From Halopelagius inordinatus (lineage in GTDB: Archaea > Halobacteriota > Halobacteria > Halobacteriales > Haloferacaceae), in assembly GCF_900113245.1 (NCBI RefSeq), contig NZ_FOOQ01000002.1, positions 632,881 through 656,880 on the forward strand: DNA of 24,000 nucleotides, in the 5' to 3' direction. The notes beneath the pieces were generated by a model. That model saw nothing but the letters and a program-made list of their open reading frames with translations, was not told the DNA's origin and did no database searches. This document shows positions 1-7,088 of this stretch, in pieces. Made by a program: the position numbers and the translations under genes. How positions within the stretch are numbered: the stretch's first letter is position 1; every line of letters starts with the position of its first letter.

Positions 1-521
1 AGTTCGTGGCCCGCGTCGAACAGATGTTGGCCCTCCGCGACGTCCTCGCCGACCGGACCGACGTTTTCGCCCTCGGTGACGGCGTCGAACAGTTCGAGTT
101 CGTCGCCTACCGTCTCCGTCTCCTCTATCATCACGACGGCGTCGGCGCCCGGCGGGAGTTCGCTCCCGGTGTGGACCCGCACCGCCTCGCCGGGGGCGAC
201 TTCCGCACCGGTTTCGGCCTCCTCGGAACCGACGCGGAGTATCTCCGGCGACCGGTCCGACGCGCCGAACGTGTCGCTGGCGCGGACCGCCCACCCGTCC
301 ATCGCCGCCCGGTCGTAGCCGGGGACGGGCCGCGGCGAAGTGACCGGTTCCGCAAGCGCCCGTCCGTCGGCCGGTCCGAGGGGGAGTCGTTCCGTCCGTT
401 CGTGGGGCGTCGCCGCGGAGAGAAGCGTCTCTCTGGCGGCGGCAACCCGAGTCCGCTCTTTGAACCCGGCCGCGCGTCGCTCGGCGCCCGAGTCGTCGGA
501 GTCGGAGTCCGCTGCGTCCAT
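1..521 (-). CDS. moeA: Molybdopterin molybdenumtransferase MoeA, N-terminal part; the 3' end of the gene runs off the window start
   Basis: This ORF is missing from the supplied track because it is open to the window edge. Hand translation of the minus strand from the ATG (complement of 519-521) gives MDAADSDSDDSGAERRAAGFKERTRVAAARETLLSAATPHERTERLPLGPADGRALAEPVTSPRPVPGYDRAAMDGWAVRASDTFGAS...GEAVRVHTGSELPPGADAVVMIEETE. The DRAAMDGWAV and V.TG..LP.GADAVV..E blocks are characteristic MoeA N-domain motifs. It supersedes the Arg-rich + strand ORF 6..575. Confidence 0.75.
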   Translation of the reverse strand, partial: MDAADSDSDDSGAERRAAGFKERTRVAAARETLLSAATPHERTERLPLGPADGRALAEPVTSPRPVPGYDRAAMDGWAVRASDTFGASDRSPEILRVGSEEAETGAEVAPGEAVRVHTGSELPPGADAVVMIEETETVGDELELFDAVTEGENVGPVGEDVAEGQHLFDAGHE

Positions 522-656
522 ACCGGACGGTTGCGCGCCCGGAACCAAAAAGGGGTGCCGAGTCGGCGAGGGTAGCGGTCGAACTCAAGTGCTTTGTGGC
601 CCCGGTTGCGGCGGCCGACCGGGGGGTTTTAGCCCGAGGCATCCTTACGTCGGCGT

Positions 657-1025
657 ATGTCTGCACTGCGGGACGCGCTTCAGGAACTCCCGGACGCGGT
701 GTTCGCCGACCTGCTGGAATCCGACGACGCGTACCTCCTCGTGTTGGACCTCCCCGGCGTGACGGCCGAGACGGCCGACATCGGCCTGGAGAACGGCCGA
801 CTCGCCATCGAGGCCCGGCGCGAGAAACGGCTGCCAGCGGAGTTTCAGTACGTCCGCGAGGACCGGGCGCTGTTTCTCGACGCGGAGTTGCCCCTTCCCC
901 CGGACGCCACCGGCGCGGGCGCGGAGGCCAGCGTCGAACGCGGCGTCCTCACGATTCGCCTCCCGAAGCGCGACGCCGCGCCCGAACGGACCATCCCGAT
1001 CACCGCAAACGAGGACGGGTCCTGA
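657..1025 (+). CDS. hsp20: Hsp20/alpha-crystallin family small heat-shock protein
   Basis: The 122-aa acidic ORF has alpha-crystallin-domain blocks YLLVLDLPGV, NGRLAIEARRE and the C-terminal GVLTIRLPK motif. A TATA-like gttttag at 626-632 lies about 28 nt upstream of the ATG. Confidence 0.85.
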   Translation: MSALRDALQELPDAVFADLLESDDAYLLVLDLPGVTAETADIGLENGRLAIEARREKRLPAEFQYVREDRALFLDAELPLPPDATGAGAEASVERGVLTIRLPKRDAAPERTIPITANEDGS

Positions 1026-1037
1026 GAGCGCGGTGAG

Positions 1038-2717
1038 GTGGTGACGCTGGTCAACTTACGTGCGTACTGGCGGTTCCTCGTCGTCGTCTACCAGTTCTTC
1101 CCGCTGATAGTCGCCTACGCGAGAGACCGCAATCGGTTCGTCCTGTTCGGCGGGTCCCGGAAAGTGACCCCGGATATGCGGGTCAGGCGGGCGGGGATTC
1201 TCCTCGACTCGCTTCTGACGCTCGGGCCGACGTTCATCAAACTCGGTCAACTGCTTTCGACGCGTCCGGACATCCTCCCGCCGGAGTACATCGAGGTGCT
1301 GTCGAGTCTCCAAGACGACGTTCCCCCGGCACCGTGGGAGGAGTCGAGACAGGTGCTCGAAGCGGAACTCGGCCCCGTCTCGGAGGCGTTCGACGGGTTC
1401 GACCCCGACCCGATAAGCGGCGCGAGTCTCGGGCAGGTGTACACCGCGGAGTACGAGGGGGACCCCGTCGCGGTGAAAGTTCGCCGCCCCGACATCGAGA
1501 AACTCGTCGAGGCGGACCTCCGAGTCGTCCGGTGGTCGCTTCCCATCGTCAGACGCTTCATCGGCGAGGGGCGGGCGTTCTCCTTGGAGAACCTCGCGGA
1601 CGAGTTCGCAAAAACCATCAGACAGGAGATGGACTACGCTCGCGAACGCCGCATCTTAGACGAGATTCGGGCCAACTTCGAAGAGGACGACGCCATCCGC
1701 ATCCCCGAACCCGTCGAGGAGCGCTCCGGTCCGCGCGTCCTCACGATGGAGTATCTCCCGGGGACGAAGATAAACGACGTCGCCGCGATAGACGAGAAAG
1801 GCATCGACCGGACGCAGCTCGCGACGACGCTCCAACGCGTCTACCTGCAGATGATAATCGACGACGGCGTCTTCCACGCCGACCCCCACCCCGGGAATCT
1901 GGCCGTCGACGACGAGGGGCGCATCATCTTCTACGACTTCGGCATGTCCGGTCAGGTCGACCCGTTCGTCCAAGAGAAGATAGTGGATTTCTACGTCGCA
2001 ATCGCGAACCAGAACATCGACGGCATCCTCGACGCACTCGTCGAGATGGGGACGCTCTCGCCGGAGGCGGACAGACAGGTGATGGGCGACGTGATGGAAC
2101 TGGCCATCGCCGACGCCCGCGGGGAAGACATAGAGCAGTACCGCGTCCAGCAGATAATCGAACAGGTGGAGTCGACCATCTACGAGTTCCCACTTCGCCT
2201 GCCGCGAAACCTCGCGTTGGTCCTGCGCGTCGCCACCGTCGTAGAGGGCGTCTGCGTCACGTTGGACCCGAAGTTCGACTTCATCGCGGTGGCGACTGCG
2301 TACCTCCGCGAGGAGGGCTACTACGAGGAGACGGCGAGGGAACTCGCCAGAGACGCCGGTAGACAGGTCCAACAGACCTCCCAAGCGCTGTTTACCGTCC
2401 CGACGAAACTCGACCGAGCGTTGGACCGGGTCGAACGCGAGAACCTCGCGGTCAACATCCGAATCGAGGACGAAAACGGCGTCTTCGACAGACTCGCGCG
2501 CCGCATCGTCTACGGCATCCTCCTTTCGGTCGGTGCGCTCTCGACTGCGATTCTCTACGCGTTCGATCAGACGAGCGTCGTGCCCGCCGCCGTCGCGGCG
2601 TTGCTGACGATTCCGGTCGTCGTCCTCCTCTATCGGTCGTTCCGGACGAAGCGAGGCGTTCGCGCCACGCCGCAGTTCACCCGCCAGAACCTCAAGGACC
2701 GCCGCGGCGACGACTGA
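1038..2717 (+). CDS. ABC1/UbiB (AarF) atypical kinase family protein with C-terminal TM helices
   Basis: The 559-aa ORF carries the ABC1 signature LGPTFIKLGQLLSTRPDILPPEYIEVLSSLQDDVPP, a kinase-like core (ASLGQVYTA..VAVKVRRP, HADPHPGNL, FYDFGM) and a hydrophobic C-terminus. It has a GTG start (1038 or 1041), 12 nt after the hsp20 stop, so the two genes are probably an operon. Confidence 0.9.
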   Translation: MVTLVNLRAYWRFLVVVYQFFPLIVAYARDRNRFVLFGGSRKVTPDMRVRRAGILLDSLLTLGPTFIKLGQLLSTRPDILPPEYIEVLSSLQDDVPPAPWEESRQVLEAELGPVSEAFDGFDPDPISGASLGQVYTAEYEGDPVAVKVRRPDIEKLVEADLRVVRWSLPIVRRFIGEGRAFSLENLADEFAKTIRQEMDYARERRILDEIRANFEEDDAIRIPEPVEERSGPRVLTMEYLPGTKINDVAAIDEKGIDRTQLATTLQRVYLQMIIDDGVFHADPHPGNLAVDDEGRIIFYDFGMSGQVDPFVQEKIVDFYVAIANQNIDGILDALVEMGTLSPEADRQVMGDVMELAIADARGEDIEQYRVQQIIEQVESTIYEFPLRLPRNLALVLRVATVVEGVCVTLDPKFDFIAVATAYLREEGYYEETARELARDAGRQVQQTSQALFTVPTKLDRALDRVERENLAVNIRIEDENGVFDRLARRIVYGILLSVGALSTAILYAFDQTSVVPAAVAALLTIPVVVLLYRSFRTKRGVRATPQFTRQNLKDRRGDD

Positions 2718-2751
2718 CTTCGGTATCACGTCTGATTCTCGGGGAGGTGCG

Positions 2752-2758
2752 TTTATAT
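2752..2758 (+). promoter_or_regulatory. TATA box (tttatat) for the 2783 gene
   Basis: This AT island in GC-rich DNA is centred about 28 nt upstream of ATG 2783, which matches archaeal leaderless spacing. Confidence 0.5.
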
Positions 2759-2782
2759 CAGAGAAGTCACGATACGGTCGGT

Positions 2783-3271
2783 ATGACTCGCTGGCGGGCC
2801 GTGCTAGCCGGATTCGCGTTAGCGGCGTGCAGCGAAGCTCTCGTCTTCGCACTCACCGGGCGCGTGACGCTCGTGGGCGGACTCGCCGGAAGCGCCTTCG
2901 CCGGCTATCTCGTCGGCCCCGAACCCGCAGACGGGGCGTGGCACGGCCTCCTTTCGTCTCTCGCGTGGGGGACGCTCCTCATCCCCGGACTCGTCGCCCT
3001 CGCGGTGACGGGCGACGGGACGCTTCCGTTCCCGTACGAGTATCTCGCCCCCCTTTTCACCACGTCCGGCGCGGCGACGACGGGAATCTTGCTCTCGGTG
3101 ACGCTTCCGAACGCCATCGCCGGGGCAGTCGGCGGTGTCGCCTCGGACGCCCGCGACGACGGCGACGGCGGCGCGGCGACGGGAACGACCGGTGGTCGCG
3201 CGACGAGAGCGACGGACCGCGGGACGAACGGAGACGACGTCGGGTGGTTGGGTTCGAACGAAGAGACCTGA
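2783..3271 (+). CDS. Small integral membrane protein (haloarchaeal DUF5518-like) with a Gly/Thr/Asp/Arg-rich C-terminal tail
   Basis: The ORF is listed in the track as 2747..3271. I prefer ATG 2783 (MTRWRAVLAGFALA...) because the TATA box sits 28 nt upstream of it. The protein has 3-4 hydrophobic Gly/Ala-rich helices. The family assignment is from memory only. Confidence 0.6.
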   Translation: MTRWRAVLAGFALAACSEALVFALTGRVTLVGGLAGSAFAGYLVGPEPADGAWHGLLSSLAWGTLLIPGLVALAVTGDGTLPFPYEYLAPLFTTSGAATTGILLSVTLPNAIAGAVGGVASDARDDGDGGAATGTTGGRATRATDRGTNGDDVGWLGSNEET

Positions 3272-3338
3272 CAGAGAGGCCGAACGGACCGATCGGAGAG
3301 GGAGACGAGGCCGTCCGGAGGCGTCGAAAAGTCGCGTA

Positions 3339-3893
3339 CTACGCGTCGTCGCGGGCGACGTCGTACAGCCGAAAGCCGAGTTGAGCCATCGCTCTGTCCG
3401 CCCGCAGTCGGGTGAGATGCTCCCGCACGGCCGCCGGGTCGAACTCGGTGACGTTGCCGTCGAGACGACGCACGAGTTCCGAATCGACGTCGACGGACGC
3501 CGAGAGGTCGGCGGCGGCCACGCCGTTCTCTAACGCGTCCAACAGGACGGCGTACGTCGTGATGCTCTCAGTGAGTCGTTCGACGTCCTCTCGCCGACCG
3601 GGCGGCGACAGTTCCGACTCCAGTTTCTGTTCGGCCGCGACGGCGTCGCAGGGGTCGACGTCGAGTGCCGACGCGGCGGCGTACACCTCGGGAACGTCGG
3701 CGTCGAGACGACGGCAGACGGCCCGAACCGCGCCCAACGCCGCAGAGAACGGGCCGTGGCGCTCTACCGCCTCCGCCCCCACGCCGTTCAACAGGGAGCG
3801 AGCGAGTTCTCGACCGCTCGAAACCGAGAGTCGGTCCGCGACGGCTTCGACCGGGTCCGCTGTGCGAGAGGGTCTCGACGTGGGTGCGCACAT
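3339..3893 (-). CDS. Hypothetical acidic protein (184 aa from the internal ATG)
   Basis: The track ORF is 3339..4013. I prefer ATG at 3893 (MCAPTSRPSRTADPVEAV...) because a TATA-like tatgtatag (3916-3924) lies 23-31 nt upstream. The protein is acidic and Ala/Asp/Val-rich with GC3-rich codons. I recognise no motif. Confidence 0.5.
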   Translation of the reverse strand: MCAPTSRPSRTADPVEAVADRLSVSSGRELARSLLNGVGAEAVERHGPFSAALGAVRAVCRRLDADVPEVYAAASALDVDPCDAVAAEQKLESELSPPGRREDVERLTESITTYAVLLDALENGVAAADLSASVDVDSELVRRLDGNVTEFDPAAVREHLTRLRADRAMAQLGFRLYDVARDDA

Positions 3894-3915
3894 ATCGCCA
3901 GTCACGGCGTCACAG

Positions 3916-3924
3916 TATGTATAG
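3916..3924 (-). promoter_or_regulatory. TATA-like box for the minus-strand gene starting at 3893
   Basis: The sequence is tatgtatag on the + strand (CTATACATA on the minus strand), 23-31 nt upstream of ATG 3893. Confidence 0.4.
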
Positions 3925-4046
3925 GCTCGGACGCGGTTATCGGAAGCGAGAACGCCGCCGGACCGGCATCGGGGGCGGGTCCGTCCGAAAACTATCTGTC
4001 GGGTGTCACACATCGGCTACCGCCCTCTCGCGGCGTTTCCAAACCG

Positions 4047-4052
4047 TTTATA
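4047..4052 (+). promoter_or_regulatory. TATA box (tttata) for aIF5A
   Basis: It is centred about 28 nt upstream of ATG 4077. Confidence 0.5.
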
Positions 4053-4076
4053 CCGACCACACGATAACCCGGAACC

Positions 4077-4451
4077 ATGGCGAAAGAGCAAAAGCAGGTC
4101 CGCGAACTGCAGGAAGGAAGTTACGTGATGATGGACGACTCTCCCTGTAAGATAAACGCCTACAGCACCGCAAAGCCCGGTAAGCACGGCAGCGCGAAGG
4201 CCCGAATCGAGGGCAAAGGCGTCTTCGACGACCGAAAGCGGTCGCTCTCCCAACCCGTCGACGCGAAGGTGTGGGTCCCGATCATCGAACGAAAGCAGGG
4301 ACAGGTCGTCTCCGTCACCGACGCCGACGCTCAGATCATGGACCTCGAAACGTACGAGACGTTCACGATGCGCATCCCCGAGGGCGAGGACCTCTCGCCC
4401 GAAGACGAGATAGAGTACCTCGACTACGAAGGGCAGCGAAAGATAATATAA
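4077..4451 (+). CDS. eif5a: Translation initiation factor 5A (aIF5A)
   Basis: The 124-aa ORF contains the hypusination loop [17 protein letters not shown] and a C-terminal OB-like domain ([17 protein letters not shown]). Confidence 0.95.
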   Translation: MAKEQKQVRELQEGSYVMMDDSPCKINAYSTAKPGKHGSAKARIEGKGVFDDRKRSLSQPVDAKVWVPIIERKQGQVVSVTDADAQIMDLETYETFTMRIPEGEDLSPEDEIEYLDYEGQRKII

Positions 4452-4456
4452 TCGAG

Positions 4457-5287
4457 ATGTTTCCCGGGGCGACTGCATCGCGTGACGACGCCGCGTACGT
4501 CGTCGTCGGCGCCCCGCTGGACATCTCGACTTCGTTTCGGCCCGGGACCCGGTTCGGTCCCGAGAGAGTCCGGCGGTTCGCCCGGACGTTCGACGACTAC
4601 GACCGGCGAACCGACCTGCGCTTTTCGAACCTTTCCGTCCACGACGAGGGCGACGTCCACCCGTGGGACGACGCCGAGGAGTACGTCGAGTGGGTCGGCG
4701 GAACCGTGACCGACGTCGTCTGGGACGGCGCGGTACCGCTCCTCGTCGGCGGCGAACACACAGTCACCGCCGCGGGCGTCGGCGCCGTCGAACCCGACGT
4801 GTTCGTCTGTCTCGACGCGCACCTCGACCTCAGACGCGAGTACGACGGCAACGAGTGGAGTCACGCCACCGTCACGCGGCGCGTCCTCGACGAACTCGGC
4901 GCGGAGGAGGCGGTCATCGTCGGCGCGCGAACCGGGTCCGAAGCCGAGTGGGCTCGCGCAGACGAGGACGACGTGACCGTCGTCCCGCCCGAAGAGGCGG
5001 CGGCGTGGGACCCCGGCGACCGGTTCGACGGTCGATCAGTCTACCTGAGCGTCGATATCGACGCCGCGGACCCCGCCTTCGCGCCCGGCACGGGAACGCC
5101 CGAACCGTTCGGGCTGGCGCCCCGCGAGATGCGCGATATCGTCCGGACCGTCGCCCCCCACGCCGACGGCTTCGACGTGGTGGAGGTCAACGACAGAGAC
5201 GACGGACAGGCGGCGTCGCTCGCGGGGAAACTCCTCCGCGAGTTCGTCTTCTCGCACGCCGCCGCCGACGAATCGGCGGAGCGTTAG
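4457..5287 (+). CDS. speB: Agmatinase / ureohydrolase family protein
   Basis: I use the internal ATG at 4457 of track ORF 4271..5287, 5 nt after the aIF5A stop. Ureohydrolase metal-site motifs are present: GGEHTVT, LDAHLDLR and SVDIDAADPAFAPGTGTPEPFG. Confidence 0.9.
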   Translation: MFPGATASRDDAAYVVVGAPLDISTSFRPGTRFGPERVRRFARTFDDYDRRTDLRFSNLSVHDEGDVHPWDDAEEYVEWVGGTVTDVVWDGAVPLLVGGEHTVTAAGVGAVEPDVFVCLDAHLDLRREYDGNEWSHATVTRRVLDELGAEEAVIVGARTGSEAEWARADEDDVTVVPPEEAAAWDPGDRFDGRSVYLSVDIDAADPAFAPGTGTPEPFGLAPREMRDIVRTVAPHADGFDVVEVNDRDDGQAASLAGKLLREFVFSHAAADESAER

Positions 5288-5451
5288 TCGCCTTCGTCGC
5301 TCTCCGGCGAGAACGACTCGAAACACCGTAGACAGCGGTGTAAGTCGTGCGTCACGTCGTGCCCGCCGAACGTTATCCACGAGTCGTCCGGGCGACTTTT
5401 CGTCGTCAACCACTCGCTTCCGCAGTTCGGACAGGGGGGGCCTCGGAACAC
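5284..5451 (-). CDS. Possible small zinc-ribbon protein (55 aa, GTG start)
   Basis: This ORF is below the track size cutoff. Hand translation gives (V/M)FRGPPCPNCGSEWLTTKSRPDDSWITFGGHDVTHDLHRCLRCFESFSPESDEGD*. It has two CxxC pairs (CPNC, CLRC), an acidic tail and mostly GC3 codons. There is no in-frame ATG, so the start is uncertain. Its stop codon overlaps the agmatinase stop. Confidence 0.35.
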   Translation of the reverse strand: MFRGPPCPNCGSEWLTTKSRPDDSWITFGGHDVTHDLHRCLRCFESFSPESDEGD

Positions 5452-5544
5452 GGTCGTCGGTCCGCGTCTTCGCTCATAGGTTCTCTGCTTCGTTCCGCGG
5501 TACCGGCGGTTTCGGCCGTTCCGGCCGGTCCGACTCCGAGCGCT

Positions 5545-5913
5545 CTACGCCGACCCGGGTACCGGGCGCAGAACGCCGTACCAGAACCGGTAGAGAATCG
5601 AACCGACGAGGCCGCCGGTCCCGAACCCGAATCGGAACTCGTCGCTCGGGAACAGTCGCCGCTTGACGGTCGTCACACAGAGGCCGTACGCGAGTCGTCG
5701 ATAGCTGTTCGACCGCATCCGCCCCCAGTCGCGGTCGTACGCCCAGAGGTAGGCGAGTTGGTAGAGCGTGCCCGCAAATACCCCGCCTGCCGAGAGCGGA
5801 GGCGGATCGTCGTACTCCTCGTGCCGATGGAGGGCGTTTCGGCTGTACGTTTGAACGACGAGTGCGGCGGCCGAGAGGAGACACTCCGCGACCGCCCGCC
5901 GGCGAGTCACCAT
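5545..5913 (-). CDS. Hypothetical aromatic-rich protein (122 aa)
   Basis: This is the only non-Arg-junk frame in the region and has high GC3. It contains Tyr/Trp/Phe-rich segments (LYQLAYLWAYDRDWG, GSILYRFWYGV). A strong TATA island lies 27 nt upstream of the ATG. Confidence 0.55.
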   Translation of the reverse strand: MVTRRRAVAECLLSAAALVVQTYSRNALHRHEEYDDPPPLSAGGVFAGTLYQLAYLWAYDRDWGRMRSNSYRRLAYGLCVTTVKRRLFPSDEFRFGFGTGGLVGSILYRFWYGVLRPVPGSA

Positions 5914-5935
5914 ATGTCTCGCTGTGGCTATCAGA

Positions 5936-5947
5936 GTATATACATTT
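5936..5947 (-). promoter_or_regulatory. TATA box for the gene starting at 5913
   Basis: The + strand reads gtatatacattt (AAATGTATATAC on the minus strand). The core tatata (5937-5942) lies about 27 nt upstream of ATG 5913. Confidence 0.5.
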
Positions 5948-6015
5948 CTGCGGACGACGGGAGAACGGGCGGCCGGCGAACGAGAAGCGAGGGCCCGTGC
6001 GTCGGCCTCAGCGCG

Positions 6016-6126
6016 TCACTTGCCGGTGACGCGTCGGGCGAGGCGTCGCGCTTTGCCGGTGATGCGCCGCTTGTACTTTCGCGGGAGTCGTCGCCAGATG
6101 CGTGCGGCCTTGCTGAACTTGCCCAT
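6016..6126 (-). CDS. Possible 36-aa highly basic micro-protein
   Basis: Hand translation gives MGKFSKAARIWRRLPRKYKRRITGKARRLARRVTGK*. It has an ATG start and about 80% GC3 by my count. It is not the antisense shadow of any gene. No clear TATA box is visible. Confidence 0.25.
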   Translation of the reverse strand: MGKFSKAARIWRRLPRKYKRRITGKARRLARRVTGK

Positions 6127-6233
6127 CGGGAGGCGGTAGTTGTCCGGCCGCACACAAAGGCGTCGCGGCCGTCCGCGAGGCCTCTCGGGCCGAATCGGGA
6201 GGATACAAGCGTCGGGAGGCCGACGGGGTTCGC

Positions 6234-6998
6234 ATGGACCTCTCTGACGTCGTCTCTCGTTACGACGAGGAACTGAACACCGAGGAGTTCGCCGACGTGG
6301 ACGCGAGCGCGAACGGACTGCAGGTCGGCCCCGACGAGGGGTCGGTCGAACGAGTCGCCGTCGCCGTCGACGCCGCGGAAGCGACCATCGAGGCGGCGAT
6401 AGACGCCGACGCCGACCTCCTCGTCACGCACCACGGCCTGGTCTGGGGCGGACTCGACCGGGTGACGGGCCGGACGTACGACCGAATCGCGCCACTCGTC
6501 GAGAACGACGTGGCTCTCTACGTCTCGCATCTCCCGCTCGACGGCCACCAGACGCACGGGAACGCCGCGGGCGTCGCAGACCACCTCGGACTCGAAGACA
6601 GAGAGCCGTTCGGGTCGTTGGGACCGGTCGATATCGGCCAGATGGGCCGCGCGCCCGACTCGTACGCGGTCGAGGAACTCCGCGCGGAACTCGACGCCCT
6701 CGACAACGACGGCGACCCGACCCGGGTGTTCGACTTCGGCCCCGACGAGGTGAGAGACGTGGCCGTCGTCACGGGGTCGGGCGTCGATTGGCTGGACGAG
6801 GCAGTCGACGCCGGTGCGGACGCGTTCGTCACGGGCGAGGGCAAACAGAAGGTGTACCACGAGGCCAGAGAAGCCGGAATCAACGTCTTCCTCGCGGGTC
6901 ACTACGCGACGGAGACGTTCGGCGTTCGGAACCTCGCGGCTATCGCCGAGACGTGGGGAGTCGAGACGACGTACCTCGACCATCCCACCGGTCTCTGA
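6234..6998 (+). CDS. NIF3-family (YbgI/DUF34) dinuclear-metal-centre protein
   Basis: The 254-aa ORF has the family blocks DLLVTHHGLVW, YVSHLPLDGHQTHGN, FVTGEGK and FLAGHYATE. Confidence 0.9.
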   Translation: MDLSDVVSRYDEELNTEEFADVDASANGLQVGPDEGSVERVAVAVDAAEATIEAAIDADADLLVTHHGLVWGGLDRVTGRTYDRIAPLVENDVALYVSHLPLDGHQTHGNAAGVADHLGLEDREPFGSLGPVDIGQMGRAPDSYAVEELRAELDALDNDGDPTRVFDFGPDEVRDVAVVTGSGVDWLDEAVDAGADAFVTGEGKQKVYHEAREAGINVFLAGHYATETFGVRNLAAIAETWGVETTYLDHPTGL

Positions 6999-7011
6999 AC
7001 CGAGTCGCGCG

Positions 7012-7015
7012 TTTT
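7012..7015 (+). terminator. Oligo-T tract downstream of NIF3
   Basis: A tttt run lies 14 nt after the stop (6996-6998). Archaeal termination commonly occurs at T-runs, but four Ts is weak evidence. Confidence 0.3.
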
Positions 7016-7088
7016 CCCGTCCGTCGCCGTATCAGCTTCGATAATCGGAGTCCAACAGTAAAGTAACAGTGTCCAGAACGGACAGGTA

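Noticed and set aside
6-575. The + strand ORFs 6..575 (189 aa), 76..318 and 340..762, and the minus ORF 131..445
   Set aside because: These are Arg/Pro/Gly-rich junk translations. The region is explained by a minus-strand MoeA N-terminus with clear family motifs, which the track omits because it is open to the window edge.
1656-2852. A 398-aa minus-strand ORF antisense to the ABC1 kinase gene, plus other overlapping ORFs (1334..2362 and others)
   Set aside because: This is a typical high-GC antisense or out-of-frame shadow. It is Arg/Asp-rich with no motifs, while the + frame has an unmistakable ABC1 signature.
4271-4456. The upstream extension of the agmatinase ORF, which overlaps the aIF5A coding region
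   Set aside because: The extension is Arg-rich junk overlapping a certain gene. The ureohydrolase homology begins at the ATG at 4457 (MFPGATASRDDAAYVVVGAPLD).
5434-5477. The idea that ATG 5477 is the true start of the zinc-ribbon ORF, joined by a frameshift at the C7/G7 homopolymer (5434-5440)
   Set aside because: The two frames already differ before the homopolymer, and both read through it, so the run cannot be the slip site. Without re-sequencing or homologues I cannot support a frameshift. It is kept only as a caveat in the finding.
5931-6983. A 350-aa minus-strand ORF antisense to NIF3, and the 309-aa + ORF 5347..6276
   Set aside because: Both are Arg-rich, low-complexity translations. 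NIF3 (+) and the 5545..5913 (-) gene account for the coding signal.
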